Positions 1 to 8,190 of a stretch of 52,509 bases of DNA are shown here, in pieces. A program made the translations under genes and the position numbers. Each line of letters opens with the position of its first letter. Position 1 is the stretch's first letter. Source of the stretch: Bacteroidales bacterium (lineage in GTDB: Bacteria > Bacteroidota > Bacteroidia > Bacteroidales > Muribaculaceae); NCBI GenBank assembly GCA_020859755.1, contig JAJBVP010000290.1:1-52509 (forward strand). The letters run 5' to 3'. Under the pieces are notes generated by a model. It saw only the letters and a list, made by a program, of their open reading frames with translations, had not been told where the DNA came from and searched no databases.

Positions 1-127
1 GAAGTTTACTATTCGCCTGATGGCAGCCCATAGAAGTTTACTATTCGCCTGATGGCAGCCCATAGAAGTTTACTATTCGCCTGATGGTAGTCCATAGAAG
101 TTTACAATTCGCCTGATGGCAGCCATA
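1..127. repeat. Spacer-less tandem repeat with a 32-bp unit, GAAGTTTACTATTCGCCTGATGGCAGCCCATA. There are four copies plus a 7-nt partial fifth copy at 128-134. The array may continue beyond the window start.
   Basis: Read directly. Copies lie at 1-32, 33-64, 65-96 (2 substitutions) and 97-127 (1 substitution, 1-nt deletion). There is no intervening unique sequence. Confidence 0.9.
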
Positions 128-183
128 GAAGTTTCCCTCTCAAAACTTGTAATTACTACAAACTTCTATCTACTCGTTAGTGG

Positions 184-912
184 TTAGTAGGGGTGACCGG
201 TGAAGTATTGGCGGATTAGATCCATGAAGGCTTGCACCTCCTCGTTGTCGCGGTCCCAGCCAAGGTCGGCGTAGAAGTATTCCTCGGCCTCGGATAGGGA
301 GCGCATGGCCTCGACGAGGTTGATGGCGTCGCCGAGGTCGGCGTCGCTATTGCCGAATAGCTCGCGGCGGAAACGGAACCGGTCGTTGAGGGTCAATTTC
401 AGCTTAGCTGAGGTGGATTTTTCTTGCTCCTCCTCTTCCACTTCTTCAAGCTCCTCAAGATCTTCCTCTTCAGGCTCTTCTTCCTCAAGGGGCTCTCCTA
501 TTTCCTCTTCATCTTTCGCTATATCGCTGTAACGCGGTAACGCTGAATCGCCTTGAGGGGACAAGGGGCGGGAAATCTTAGGCTTTTCGGTGATCTCGGG
601 ATTTTCGCGAATCTCGGGATTTTCGCGAATCTCTGGATTTTCGCGAATCTCGGGATTTTCGGGATTTTCGGGATTTTCGGGAATCTCGGGGCATGAAGCT
701 TCATCAGGCTCGGAAGTCCTCGCTTCGGGGGCTTGGGGGCCGACGGTTTCGTCGATTTCGGGGAGGTTGTCGACGATGTTGAGCAGGCGCTCGCGCAGGG
801 AGGCGATGATATTGGCGTTGCTCTCGGGGCCGCGCTCGCGGGCGAGGAGTACCAGGCCCTCGGCTGCGAGGAGCTCGTTGAAGATTTGCTGGGTTGAAAG
901 CATCGTTGTCAT
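184..912 (-). CDS. Hypothetical acidic protein with a PENPEN/PEIREN tandem-repeat tract, a poly-Glu tract and a structured C-terminal domain (LNDRFRFRRELFGN...).
   Basis: The ORF track gives 184..1002. I trimmed it to the ATG at 912 (MTTMLSTQQIF...) because the upstream 30 codons overlap the terminator hairpin of the neighbouring gene. No family was recognised. Confidence 0.6.
   Translation of the reverse strand: MTTMLSTQQIFNELLAAEGLVLLARERGPESNANIIASLRERLLNIVDNLPEIDETVGPQAPEARTSEPDEASCPEIPENPENPENPEIRENPEIRENPEIRENPEITEKPKISRPLSPQGDSALPRYSDIAKDEEEIGEPLEEEEPEEEDLEELEEVEEEEQEKSTSAKLKLTLNDRFRFRRELFGNSDADLGDAINLVEAMRSLSEAEEYFYADLGWDRDNEEVQAFMDLIRQYFTGHPY
593..691. repeat. In-frame 18-bp tandem repeat (ATCTCGGGATTTTCGCGA x3) followed by 9-bp GGGATTTTC repeats. 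It encodes PEIREN/PEN repeats on the minus strand.
   Basis: Read directly in the DNA. It matches the PENPENPENPEIRENPEIRENPEIREN stretch in the translation. Confidence 0.9.
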
Positions 913-976
913 GGCGGGATAGATATATTGCGGCACAAACTTACGAAAAATCCGCGGGACAGGCAAGGGGAGAACG

Positions 977-1006
977 AAAAATGCCACCCCGGAGGGTGGC
1001 ATTTTC
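977..1006 (-). terminator. Rho-independent terminator of the LRR surface-protein gene.
   Basis: Perfect 9-bp stem ATGCCACCC / GGGTGGCAT (981-989 / 994-1002) with a 4-nt loop. On the minus strand a TTTTT run follows. It sits 50 nt after the stop at 1055. Confidence 0.8.
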
Positions 1007-1054
1007 TATTCTATGCGCGGGCGAGGGCGCCCACGCTCCTTGTTGGATGATGGG

Positions 1055-4000
1055 TTACTTCACTGCCATCTTGATTACTTGCTTGGCGCCGTCGGCGAAG
1101 ATAGCTTCAACGACGTACACGCCAGCGCCATCGATGGTGGTGAGCTCGTCGGCAACAACAGCGTTGCAGATCACGAGTTGACCGTTGGCGTTGTAAACGT
1201 TAACCTTGGCGTTCTCGGTGCAAGCGAAGGCGTTGCCAGCAACGTTGATGCGGTCGTAAGCGGCCTTCTCGTTGATGTTGGTGTTGATGATGCCCTCTTT
1301 TCCGTCGTTAGGCTTGGTAGAGCCAGCAAAGTTAACGGGAACCACGCCGTAGCCCTCAACGCCCTCAACCACGAGCTCAACCTCGGGGTTCTCCTCGCCG
1401 AGCTTGATACGCTTGATACCGGTGACGTGGCGGGGGTTGGTAGCGTCATAGTCCTCAGCCCACTTGTAGTGGCCTTGGGCCTCATTGGCTACGTTCTCGA
1501 TATCGGAAGCCGAAGGAGCGCGGTAGCACCAGTACATGTACTCGCCGTTCTCGTCGATGGAGAGCTGTGAGATGCCCACGTGCTCGTTGGTGGAGGAGCC
1601 TTCCCAGAAAACGGGAGCGCCGTCGATCAACTGACGAGGAACATCGGTGATGTCGCTAGCCTTTTCGCTCATAAGGTCGCTGATGTTGTAGCGGTAGAGG
1701 CCACCAAGCACTTGGGTGTCCTTGCCGTTGTTGGCGGTCTCGATGTAGATGTAGAGGTGACCGTTCTTCTCGTCGATGTTGAAGGTGGTCATGATGGTGC
1801 CGTTGGAGGAGAAGATCTTGGGATAACCGGGGTCGGGACCAGCAGCGGAAGAGTTGCCGATGTGCTTCTCCTTGAACAGGAAGATACCCTCGCCGTTGTA
1901 CTTGAACGCGAACCAGTAGAGGGGCTCGGGGTTGCCCTCGTCGTCCTGATCCTGGGTGATGGCGAAACCAGCCTTGATACAGCCGTAAACCCAAGGATTG
2001 CCGTAGTAGTACATCCAGTTGTTCTCAAACCAAGAGGGATAATCCTGGGGCAGCGAGATGGCGTCGGCAGCGATCTTGCGTGCGCACACGTTACGGTCGT
2101 TGACATAGAGGGTGTCGCCGTAGATGTAGATGCCGAAGGGATCCTTGTAGGCGTTGCCGCCAGCGTTGTCGAGCACGGTAGCCTGGAATACGTTGCCACC
2201 GATCTTGGAGATGTAGAAGAGCACGCCGTCACCGTCGGTGGAGCCGGTAGCCGAGTACACGAACTTCTGGCCAGCCGATGCGCCGTAGATGCGGTGGCTG
2301 AACTGAGCCAATTGGAAGGTGTGGGGCAGACCTCCTACGTCGTAGCTGTCGAATTGGCCGTCGGCATAGTAGCAGTAGAGGTCACCGTCGGTGCCAGCAT
2401 AGTAGAGGCCGTCGGGCATACCCATGTCCTCACCACCAACGGCGAGGTTCTCGTCGCCCTTGATGGTAAGATATTGCCAGCCAGCGGCGTTCTTGTAGGT
2501 GTCAACCAGGGCAGTGGGCACGGTAGCGCTCATCACGGTCTCCTCGGTGAAGACGCCCGAAGCCATAGCGGCGGGATAGGTGGCACCAACAATGAGGTTC
2601 AAGCCGTTGCAACCGGCGAAGCAGTCGGCCTCGAGGATGGCGAGGATCGAGCCAAGGTTGAGGTCCTTAAGGGCGGTACAGCCGTTGAAAGCGTCCTGAC
2701 GAACGATCACGATGTCCTGCAGGGAGGTGTAGGAGGTAAGAGCGGTGCAACCTTTCACAACGCCGGTGGGGCACTCGCTGCTGTCAACGGTAACGTCAAG
2801 GAGGTTGGCGTTGTTGGCAAGCACGTAGCGGCCGATTGTGCCGTTAAGCGAGTAAGAGGTGATGCCGGTGTTGGACAGCGAGTAGTCGCCGTAGGTGAGG
2901 CAGTTGGGGATGTTGATCTCGGCCAGCTTGGTAGCCTTGCAGAAAGCGTAAGCGTCGAGCTCAACCACGTTGTTGTCGGTGTAGGATGTGGCAGTGGCAG
3001 CGACCGGGTAGCTAAGGAGAAGGAGGCCGTCCTTGGTTACAAGGGCACCACCGTCGGATACCTTATAGTTCTCGTTGGCAGCGTCAACAGTGAATTTCTG
3101 AAGCTTGGTGTTGTTGTAGAAGCAAGATGAGCCGATCGAGGTAACCGAAGCGGGGATGTTGTAAACGGTAGCCTTGTTGCTCTGGAAAGCTTTGTCGCCA
3201 AGGGTCTTCAGGGCTGAGGGGAAGGTTACCTCGCCGCCGATGGAGCAAGCCTGGAAGGCCTGGGCACCGATGGAGGTAAGGGTCTCGGGGAAGTTGATAG
3301 AGGTGATGGCGGCTTTGTAGAATGCCATTGCACCAATCGAGGTGGTGGCGTTGCCGAGGGTAACCGAAGCGAGCGACGAGCAGTTGTAGAATGTCGAAGC
3401 GTTGATTGTGGTTACGCCATCGGGGATCACGATGGAGGTGATGCCGGTGTTGTAGAAAGCCTGCGAGCCAATCGAGGTCACGGTCGAGGGAACGTTAACC
3501 GAGGTAAGGCCGGTACAGTTCTGGAACATGTACTGGGGGATGGAGGTGAGGCCCTCGGCGAACACCACGTTCTTCAACGATTTAATGTTGGCGAACGGCT
3601 GATCGGCCAAATTGGTCGACTCCAGGTCGAGGGGACGGTTGATGGTCACGTTCTCCAGGGTAAGGTTGTTGAGCGTGGAGGTGCCCCACATTGTGTTGGT
3701 GACGGAAAGGGTCTCGGTGCTGGCGGCGAAGGTGAGATCCTTGAGCGCATAGCAGTCGAGGAAGGTGTTGGAGTTGATCTTGCTTACACCAGCGGGGATT
3801 TCAATGGCCTCAAGAGCGGAGTCGCCCGACATAGCGTCGGAGGAAAGCGTGGTAAGGCCAGCGGGAAGCACGAGGGACTTCAATCCGGTCATGCCACCAA
3901 GAGCAGTACGGCCGATCGAGGTGATGGAGGTGGCGCCGAGGTCAAGACCGGTGACGGTGGTGACATTCTTGAAAGCCGAGTTGTTGAGCTTGGCAACGGT

Positions 4001-4231
4001 GTAAGTGTTGCCGGAGTCGTCCTGCACGGTGGCGGGAATCACATAGTCGCCCTCGTAGGTAACGCCGGAAGCGGGTTTCTGGATCTCCACGGTCTCGCCG
4101 TCGGTGCTCTTGTAGGTGATACCTCCAGTGGTGAAGGTAGTCGTAGCAGCGTTCACGAGCAAACCGGAGATACCCAGCATGGTCACTAAGGTCGCGCGAC
4201 GTAACGCGCGGTTTTGCAATTGTGTAAACAT
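1055..4231 (-). CDS. BspA-type leucine-rich-repeat cell-surface protein with a signal peptide and a T9SS C-terminal sorting domain.
   Basis: The N-terminus is hydrophobic. There are many LRR_5-like repeats (..L.SV.IP.SVTSIG..AF..C..L). The C-terminus, VNVYNANGQLV...GVYVVEAIFADGAKQVIKMAVK, looks like a type A Por secretion tail. Confidence 0.85.
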   Translation of the reverse strand: MFTQLQNRALRRATLVTMLGISGLLVNAATTTFTTGGITYKSTDGETVEIQKPASGVTYEGDYVIPATVQDDSGNTYTVAKLNNSAFKNVTTVTGLDLGATSITSIGRTALGGMTGLKSLVLPAGLTTLSSDAMSGDSALEAIEIPAGVSKINSNTFLDCYALKDLTFAASTETLSVTNTMWGTSTLNNLTLENVTINRPLDLESTNLADQPFANIKSLKNVVFAEGLTSIPQYMFQNCTGLTSVNVPSTVTSIGSQAFYNTGITSIVIPDGVTTINASTFYNCSSLASVTLGNATTSIGAMAFYKAAITSINFPETLTSIGAQAFQACSIGGEVTFPSALKTLGDKAFQSNKATVYNIPASVTSIGSSCFYNNTKLQKFTVDAANENYKVSDGGALVTKDGLLLLSYPVAATATSYTDNNVVELDAYAFCKATKLAEINIPNCLTYGDYSLSNTGITSYSLNGTIGRYVLANNANLLDVTVDSSECPTGVVKGCTALTSYTSLQDIVIVRQDAFNGCTALKDLNLGSILAILEADCFAGCNGLNLIVGATYPAAMASGVFTEETVMSATVPTALVDTYKNAAGWQYLTIKGDENLAVGGEDMGMPDGLYYAGTDGDLYCYYADGQFDSYDVGGLPHTFQLAQFSHRIYGASAGQKFVYSATGSTDGDGVLFYISKIGGNVFQATVLDNAGGNAYKDPFGIYIYGDTLYVNDRNVCARKIAADAISLPQDYPSWFENNWMYYYGNPWVYGCIKAGFAITQDQDDEGNPEPLYWFAFKYNGEGIFLFKEKHIGNSSAAGPDPGYPKIFSSNGTIMTTFNIDEKNGHLYIYIETANNGKDTQVLGGLYRYNISDLMSEKASDITDVPRQLIDGAPVFWEGSSTNEHVGISQLSIDENGEYMYWCYRAPSASDIENVANEAQGHYKWAEDYDATNPRHVTGIKRIKLGEENPEVELVVEGVEGYGVVPVNFAGSTKPNDGKEGIINTNINEKAAYDRINVAGNAFACTENAKVNVYNANGQLVICNAVVADELTTIDGAGVYVVEAIFADGAKQVIKMAVK

Positions 4232-4382
4232 GTTTCGATATTGATTATTAGATTGGTGAATTGTCAGTCGTTGGCCCTGTTGATGATAATCACAGGCAGT
4301 AAGTCACTTTTAGTTAGGTCTTTACTTAAGGGTTACTATGTAGATTTAGGTTACTCCGGTCATTAGGCCGGCATATTCGTGA

Positions 4383-4390
4383 CAAAAGTA
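4383..4390 (-). promoter_or_regulatory. Candidate Bacteroidetes -7 promoter box (TACTTTTG on the minus strand) for the LRR gene.
   Basis: CAAAAGTA on the plus strand is the reverse complement of the TAnnTTTG consensus. It lies about 150 nt upstream of the ATG at 4231. Confidence 0.35.
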
Positions 4391-4505
4391 GCGAATTATT
4401 TTGGAACTACAATTTTTTCAACGAAGAATTTATACTGAATAATATCTAATGATTATTAAAATATGTGAAATGACGGATATTTTTGGCGGGGTAAAGGGAA
4501 TTGGT

Positions 4506-4513
4506 TAATTTTG
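4506..4513 (+). promoter_or_regulatory. Candidate -7 promoter box TAATTTTG for the glycosyltransferase / lipid-kinase operon.
   Basis: Exact TAnnTTTG match 6 nt upstream of the ATG at 4520, so any leader would be very short. Confidence 0.5.
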
Positions 4514-4519
4514 CATTTA

Positions 4520-6436
4520 ATGGTAACAGTAGTAATTCCGGCATATAACGAGGAGAAATGGCTGGCGCAGGCTGTCCAGAGCGTCATCGCGCAGACGTTG
4601 AAGAGCTGGGAGCTGATCATTGTGGATGATGGCTCAACCGACCGTACAGGAGCCATCGCCGATCAATTAGCGCGGGAGGACCAGCGAATCAAGGCAGCGC
4701 ACACCCGCAACCGTGGCACCCTGCTGGCCCGCTCCCGTGGCGTGCGCGAGGCCACAACGGAGCGTATCACCTTCCTCGACGCCGACGACACGCTTGAGCC
4801 TGACGCCCTTGAGTGGCTCTTGCAGCACGACGAGGGGACGGTGTCGGTGGTCGAGGGGGGAGTGTGGCGTTGCACTCCCATCGGTCACTACTCCTTGCGC
4901 GGCGACTTCTCGGGCTTGTTGACAATCGAAGAATTTATAGACGGGTTGCTCATGGGCGACTTCGTTCCCACGATGTGCGCCAAGCTGTTCCGACGCCAGG
5001 ACCTCCTGGGCATGGAGCGACTGGTCGACCCCGAGATCAACATCAACGAAGACTTGCTGATGCTCGTGGGCTCGCTCAACATCAACGGGCAGATTTACAT
5101 CAACAAGGGACAACACATATATAATTATAATTACCGGCATAATCGCCCCGCTCGCGCGGGCTTGATGAACTTCCGCGGATGGGTGAAACTGGTGGAGGGG
5201 ATGCGACCGCTGGTCAACGACTCAGAGGCGTTCTTTCTTTATCGTTTACACCGACTGTACGATTGCTGCATAGCCCGTGGGGCGATGTTCTCGCGTTTCC
5301 ACCCCGAGGTGAAGCGCTTGATAGCCGACTCCAAAAAATACGCTCTCAAGCCCAAAGAGAAGCGCATTGTGTGGCTTCTTTACTCGCGAATGGCGCGCAA
5401 GCTTGCCGCCAAGCGCTCGGCGCAGGCTGTGCCGTCGACGGGTGTATACATTTCAGTGATAATGGCCACCTATAACGCTCGGCCAGCCAAATTGCGCAAG
5501 GCGATCGAATCGGTGATAAAGCAATCGTTCCACGACTGGGAATTGGTGGTCGTTGATGACGCGTCGACCGATTCCACGCCTGAATTGATACGCTCGTTCG
5601 CGGCCGTGGATCCCCGCATACGATTGATACGGGCTTCAGTCAACCACGGGCAAGGTGGCGCGCGCCTGCTGGGAATCGCCTCGGCCAAGGGGGAATATGT
5701 GACGTTTATCGACCAGGATGATCTGCTTACTCCCGATGCCTTGCGAGAACTTTGGGCTCAAGCCCACGATACCCAAAGCGACATTGTGGTGATGGGGTCG
5801 CGCAAGTTGTCGCCACGCGGAATGGTTTCGATACCCCATTTCTCCCCATCGCGATTGTTTTCCAAGGCCATATACACCACCAACGAGTTGGTGCCTCACC
5901 TTTTGCGACGCGCCGGCTTCCCTTGCACGCAATGGGGCGTCCTTTATCGCAGGGCCTTTATCGACCTCGATGAGCATCAGCCCGAAGGGGTAGGGGAGGA
6001 TTGGATCTTCAACTACCATGTGATGATGCATCCCGGGAAGGTGACCTGGATAGATTACCCGGGATACCGATGGCGCATGGGCGGCCAATCCGCGCTCCCG
6101 TATCCCGAGTTGTGGCAATGGAACCTTCAGAGCTACGAGCGGATGCTTCACCTGCTGGAACATGCGCCCGACGACCGCAAGTCGACATATCGTCTTAACC
6201 TTGACCAGGGGCTGGTGAACGATTTCCTTGACAAGGTGGCACAGGGCTTGCGCGGTAAGCGACGGCGTGGGCTCAACCGCTTTATCAAGAACGCTCTTGA
6301 CAACCCACTGCTCACCGATGCCATGAACTCCACCGGGTGCGACATAAGCTACGACCTGGCTATAGCCAAGGGTCGCGAGTGGAGCCATCGTCACCGCCTA
6401 TTTTATAATGTAATGAACATAATTAAACACCTTTGA
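4520..6436 (+). CDS. Tandem-domain family 2 glycosyltransferase (two GT2 modules in one polypeptide).
   Basis: Two copies of the GT2 signature are present: VVIPAYNEEKWLAQAVQSVIAQTLKSWELIIVDDGSTD and ISVIMATYNARPAKLRKAIESVIKQSFHDWELVVVDDASTD. Each is followed by a DxD-like motif (DADD, DQDD). The start was moved from the TTG at 4511 to the ATG at 4520. Confidence 0.9.
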   Translation: MVTVVIPAYNEEKWLAQAVQSVIAQTLKSWELIIVDDGSTDRTGAIADQLAREDQRIKAAHTRNRGTLLARSRGVREATTERITFLDADDTLEPDALEWLLQHDEGTVSVVEGGVWRCTPIGHYSLRGDFSGLLTIEEFIDGLLMGDFVPTMCAKLFRRQDLLGMERLVDPEININEDLLMLVGSLNINGQIYINKGQHIYNYNYRHNRPARAGLMNFRGWVKLVEGMRPLVNDSEAFFLYRLHRLYDCCIARGAMFSRFHPEVKRLIADSKKYALKPKEKRIVWLLYSRMARKLAAKRSAQAVPSTGVYISVIMATYNARPAKLRKAIESVIKQSFHDWELVVVDDASTDSTPELIRSFAAVDPRIRLIRASVNHGQGGARLLGIASAKGEYVTFIDQDDLLTPDALRELWAQAHDTQSDIVVMGSRKLSPRGMVSIPHFSPSRLFSKAIYTTNELVPHLLRRAGFPCTQWGVLYRRAFIDLDEHQPEGVGEDWIFNYHVMMHPGKVTWIDYPGYRWRMGGQSALPYPELWQWNLQSYERMLHLLEHAPDDRKSTYRLNLDQGLVNDFLDKVAQGLRGKRRRGLNRFIKNALDNPLLTDAMNSTGCDISYDLAIAKGREWSHRHRLFYNVMNIIKHL

Positions 6437-6440
6437 CAAC

Positions 6441-7421
6441 ATGACCGACAATCCTCGCCGACTCATGCTAATAATCAACCCCATCTCGGGCACCCACTCC
6501 AAGGAAGGGCTTGCCCAAGAGGTAACCGAGCGCGTTGGGGCGCTGGGGTATACGGTGGAAATCCACTACACCACTTGCGCGGGCGACGCCACGCGATTGG
6601 CCGGCATGGCTGTTGAAGGTAGATACGACGCGGTGCTTGCAGCGGGTGGCGACGGGACCATTAACGAGACCGCCGACGCGCTGTGCGGCACGCGGGTGCC
6701 ATTGGGCATTATCCCTTCGGGGTCGGGCAATGGTCTGGCCCGGCATTTGGGTATCCCGATCGATCCTCGCTTGGCTCTGGATGTGATCGAGGAGGAGCAT
6801 ATCATCAACTGCGACCATGGCGAGGTGAACGGCCGCAAATTCTTCTGCACGTTCGGCGTGGGCTTTGACGCTGCCGTATCGCATCGTTTCGCCCACCAGC
6901 ATCGGCGCGGCAAACTCTCCTATATCCGCTCCACCATCCAGGAATACGTGCAATACCATCCCCAGACCTACACCATCTCATCCGGGGGAAAGGTACTTAC
7001 CGAGAAAGCCTTTCTTGTGGCCGTGTGCAACGCCTCGCAATACGGCAACAACGCCTATATCGCCCCTGAAGCGTCGATTACCGACGGCCTTCTTGACATC
7101 ACCGTGGTGCACGCGGGCAACCTGGTCGACTCGGCTGTCATGGGCATCGACTTGATGACCGGCTATATCAACCGCAACACTATGATTCGCACTTTCCGCG
7201 CTCCGTCGGCTGTAATCTATCGCAACTCTCAGGGTCCGGCCCACATCGACGGCGAGCCGGTGATCATGGACGACATTATGGACGTGCGCTGCCGCCAGGG
7301 CGACCTGCGCATCTTCACCCCCACGTCCTCCTCGGTGTTCCGTCCCATTGTCACTCCACTGCGCTCTCTCTGGCTCGACTTCCGCATTGCCATCGAGCGC
7401 CTTATGTCAAGAGGTCGCTAA
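6441..7421 (+). CDS. Diacylglycerol/lipid kinase family protein (YegS/BmrU-like).
   Basis: Motifs LMLIINPISG, the AAGGDGTINE nucleotide-binding motif and GIIPSGSGNGLARHLGIP. It lies 4 nt downstream of the GT2 gene. Confidence 0.9.
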   Translation: MTDNPRRLMLIINPISGTHSKEGLAQEVTERVGALGYTVEIHYTTCAGDATRLAGMAVEGRYDAVLAAGGDGTINETADALCGTRVPLGIIPSGSGNGLARHLGIPIDPRLALDVIEEEHIINCDHGEVNGRKFFCTFGVGFDAAVSHRFAHQHRRGKLSYIRSTIQEYVQYHPQTYTISSGGKVLTEKAFLVAVCNASQYGNNAYIAPEASITDGLLDITVVHAGNLVDSAVMGIDLMTGYINRNTMIRTFRAPSAVIYRNSQGPAHIDGEPVIMDDIMDVRCRQGDLRIFTPTSSSVFRPIVTPLRSLWLDFRIAIERLMSRGR

Positions 7422-7445
7422 GTTGCATTTTCAAACAAAATTTCT

Positions 7446-7453
7446 TACTTTTG
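7446..7453 (+). promoter_or_regulatory. Candidate -7 promoter box TACTTTTG for the small-ORF/GNAT pair.
   Basis: Exact TAnnTTTG match 26 nt upstream of the ATG at 7480. Confidence 0.45.
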
Positions 7454-7479
7454 CATTGTAAATTTAAAAGCATGAAATT

Positions 7480-7641
7480 ATGGCACGCCCAATAGCAGAA
7501 ACCCCTATCTTATTTGGCGAGGACGCTCGTCGATTTGAATCTCGCATGAAGGAGAATCTAAAAGAATCCCCTGAACGCTTAGCCGAGATCCGAAAAAACT
7601 ACGAAATTGTAAGGCAATGGTTCGCGAATGGCGAGAATTAA
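7480..7641 (+). CDS. Small 53-aa ORF (MARPIAETPILFGEDARRFESRMKENLKESPERLAEIRKNYEIVRQWFANGEN). Candidate antitoxin partner of the GNAT gene.
   Basis: It is below the size cutoff of the ORF track, so I translated it by hand. It ends 6 nt before the GNAT ATG and shares the AT-rich composition of that gene. It does not resemble the usual DUF1778 antitoxin. Confidence 0.5.
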   Translation: MARPIAETPILFGEDARRFESRMKENLKESPERLAEIRKNYEIVRQWFANGEN

Positions 7642-7647
7642 CAAATC

Positions 7648-8190
7648 ATGGCACTGCAAATTCGTAGATTAAACCTTCATCAAACAATCGATTCCTTTGA
7701 TTGTGGAGACGAGGATTTAAATGATTTTTTGTTAACGGAGGCACAAGCTTATCAGCATGCGCTCCTAGCTGTTACTTATATTGTAAAGGAGGAAGATGAT
7801 TCCAGGTTACTGGGATATTACAGCCTAGCGAATGATCGAGTATCCTTAAGTGATTTTGAAAATAAAACGGAATTTAATCGATTCAGGAAACACCGTTTCG
7901 TTAATGAAAAAAGGCTGAAAAGTTATCCCGCAGTGAAGTTATGTAGGCTGGCTATATCCTCGGATTGCAAAGGGCAGCACATAGGGGGTCGTCTAATCGA
8001 TTATTTGAAATATTCTTTTTTCAACAACAACAAGACAGGGTGTAGATTTATAACAGTTGACGCCTATTCTGAGGCTTTTGGCTTTTACATTAAGAATGGA
8101 TTTGATTTCTTGAATAATGATGATGTTGAGAAGTCAACCCGTGTAATGTATTACGACTTGAATCGATTAATTACAGAGACAAGTGATTGA
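7648..8190 (+). CDS. GNAT family N-acetyltransferase of the TacT/AtaT/KacT toxin type.
   Basis: N-terminal motif FDCGDEDLNDFLLTEA, typical of GNAT toxins. An acetyl-CoA motif QHIGGRL is present, and the C-terminal part has YIKNGFDF. It is 180 aa and is preceded by a small ORF. Confidence 0.75.
   Translation: MALQIRRLNLHQTIDSFDCGDEDLNDFLLTEAQAYQHALLAVTYIVKEEDDSRLLGYYSLANDRVSLSDFENKTEFNRFRKHRFVNEKRLKSYPAVKLCRLAISSDCKGQHIGGRLIDYLKYSFFNNNKTGCRFITVDAYSEAFGFYIKNGFDFLNNDDVEKSTRVMYYDLNRLITETSD

Noticed and set aside
1-127. Possible CRISPR array, given repeats of 32 bp.
   Set aside because: The units are directly adjacent with no spacers, and no cas genes are present in the window.
305-922. Ser-rich and GFS-repeat ORFs at 305..532 and 590..922, and the ORF at 519..704.
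   Set aside because: They are antisense or off-frame readings of the acidic repeat-protein gene. The low-complexity composition is generated by the same DNA repeats.
1580-3130. 516-aa ORF on the plus strand. The ORFs at 1013..1570, 1171..1485 and 1789..2232 are similar.
   Set aside because: They lie entirely within the well-supported LRR surface-protein gene, antisense to it or in an alternative frame. The Gly/Val/Ala- or Ser/Thr/Pro/Arg-rich composition is typical of off-frame or mirror ORFs in GC-rich coding DNA.
5636-6394. 252-aa minus-strand ORF inside the GT2 gene.
   Set aside because: It is antisense to a gene with two clear GT2 signatures and has no motifs of its own.
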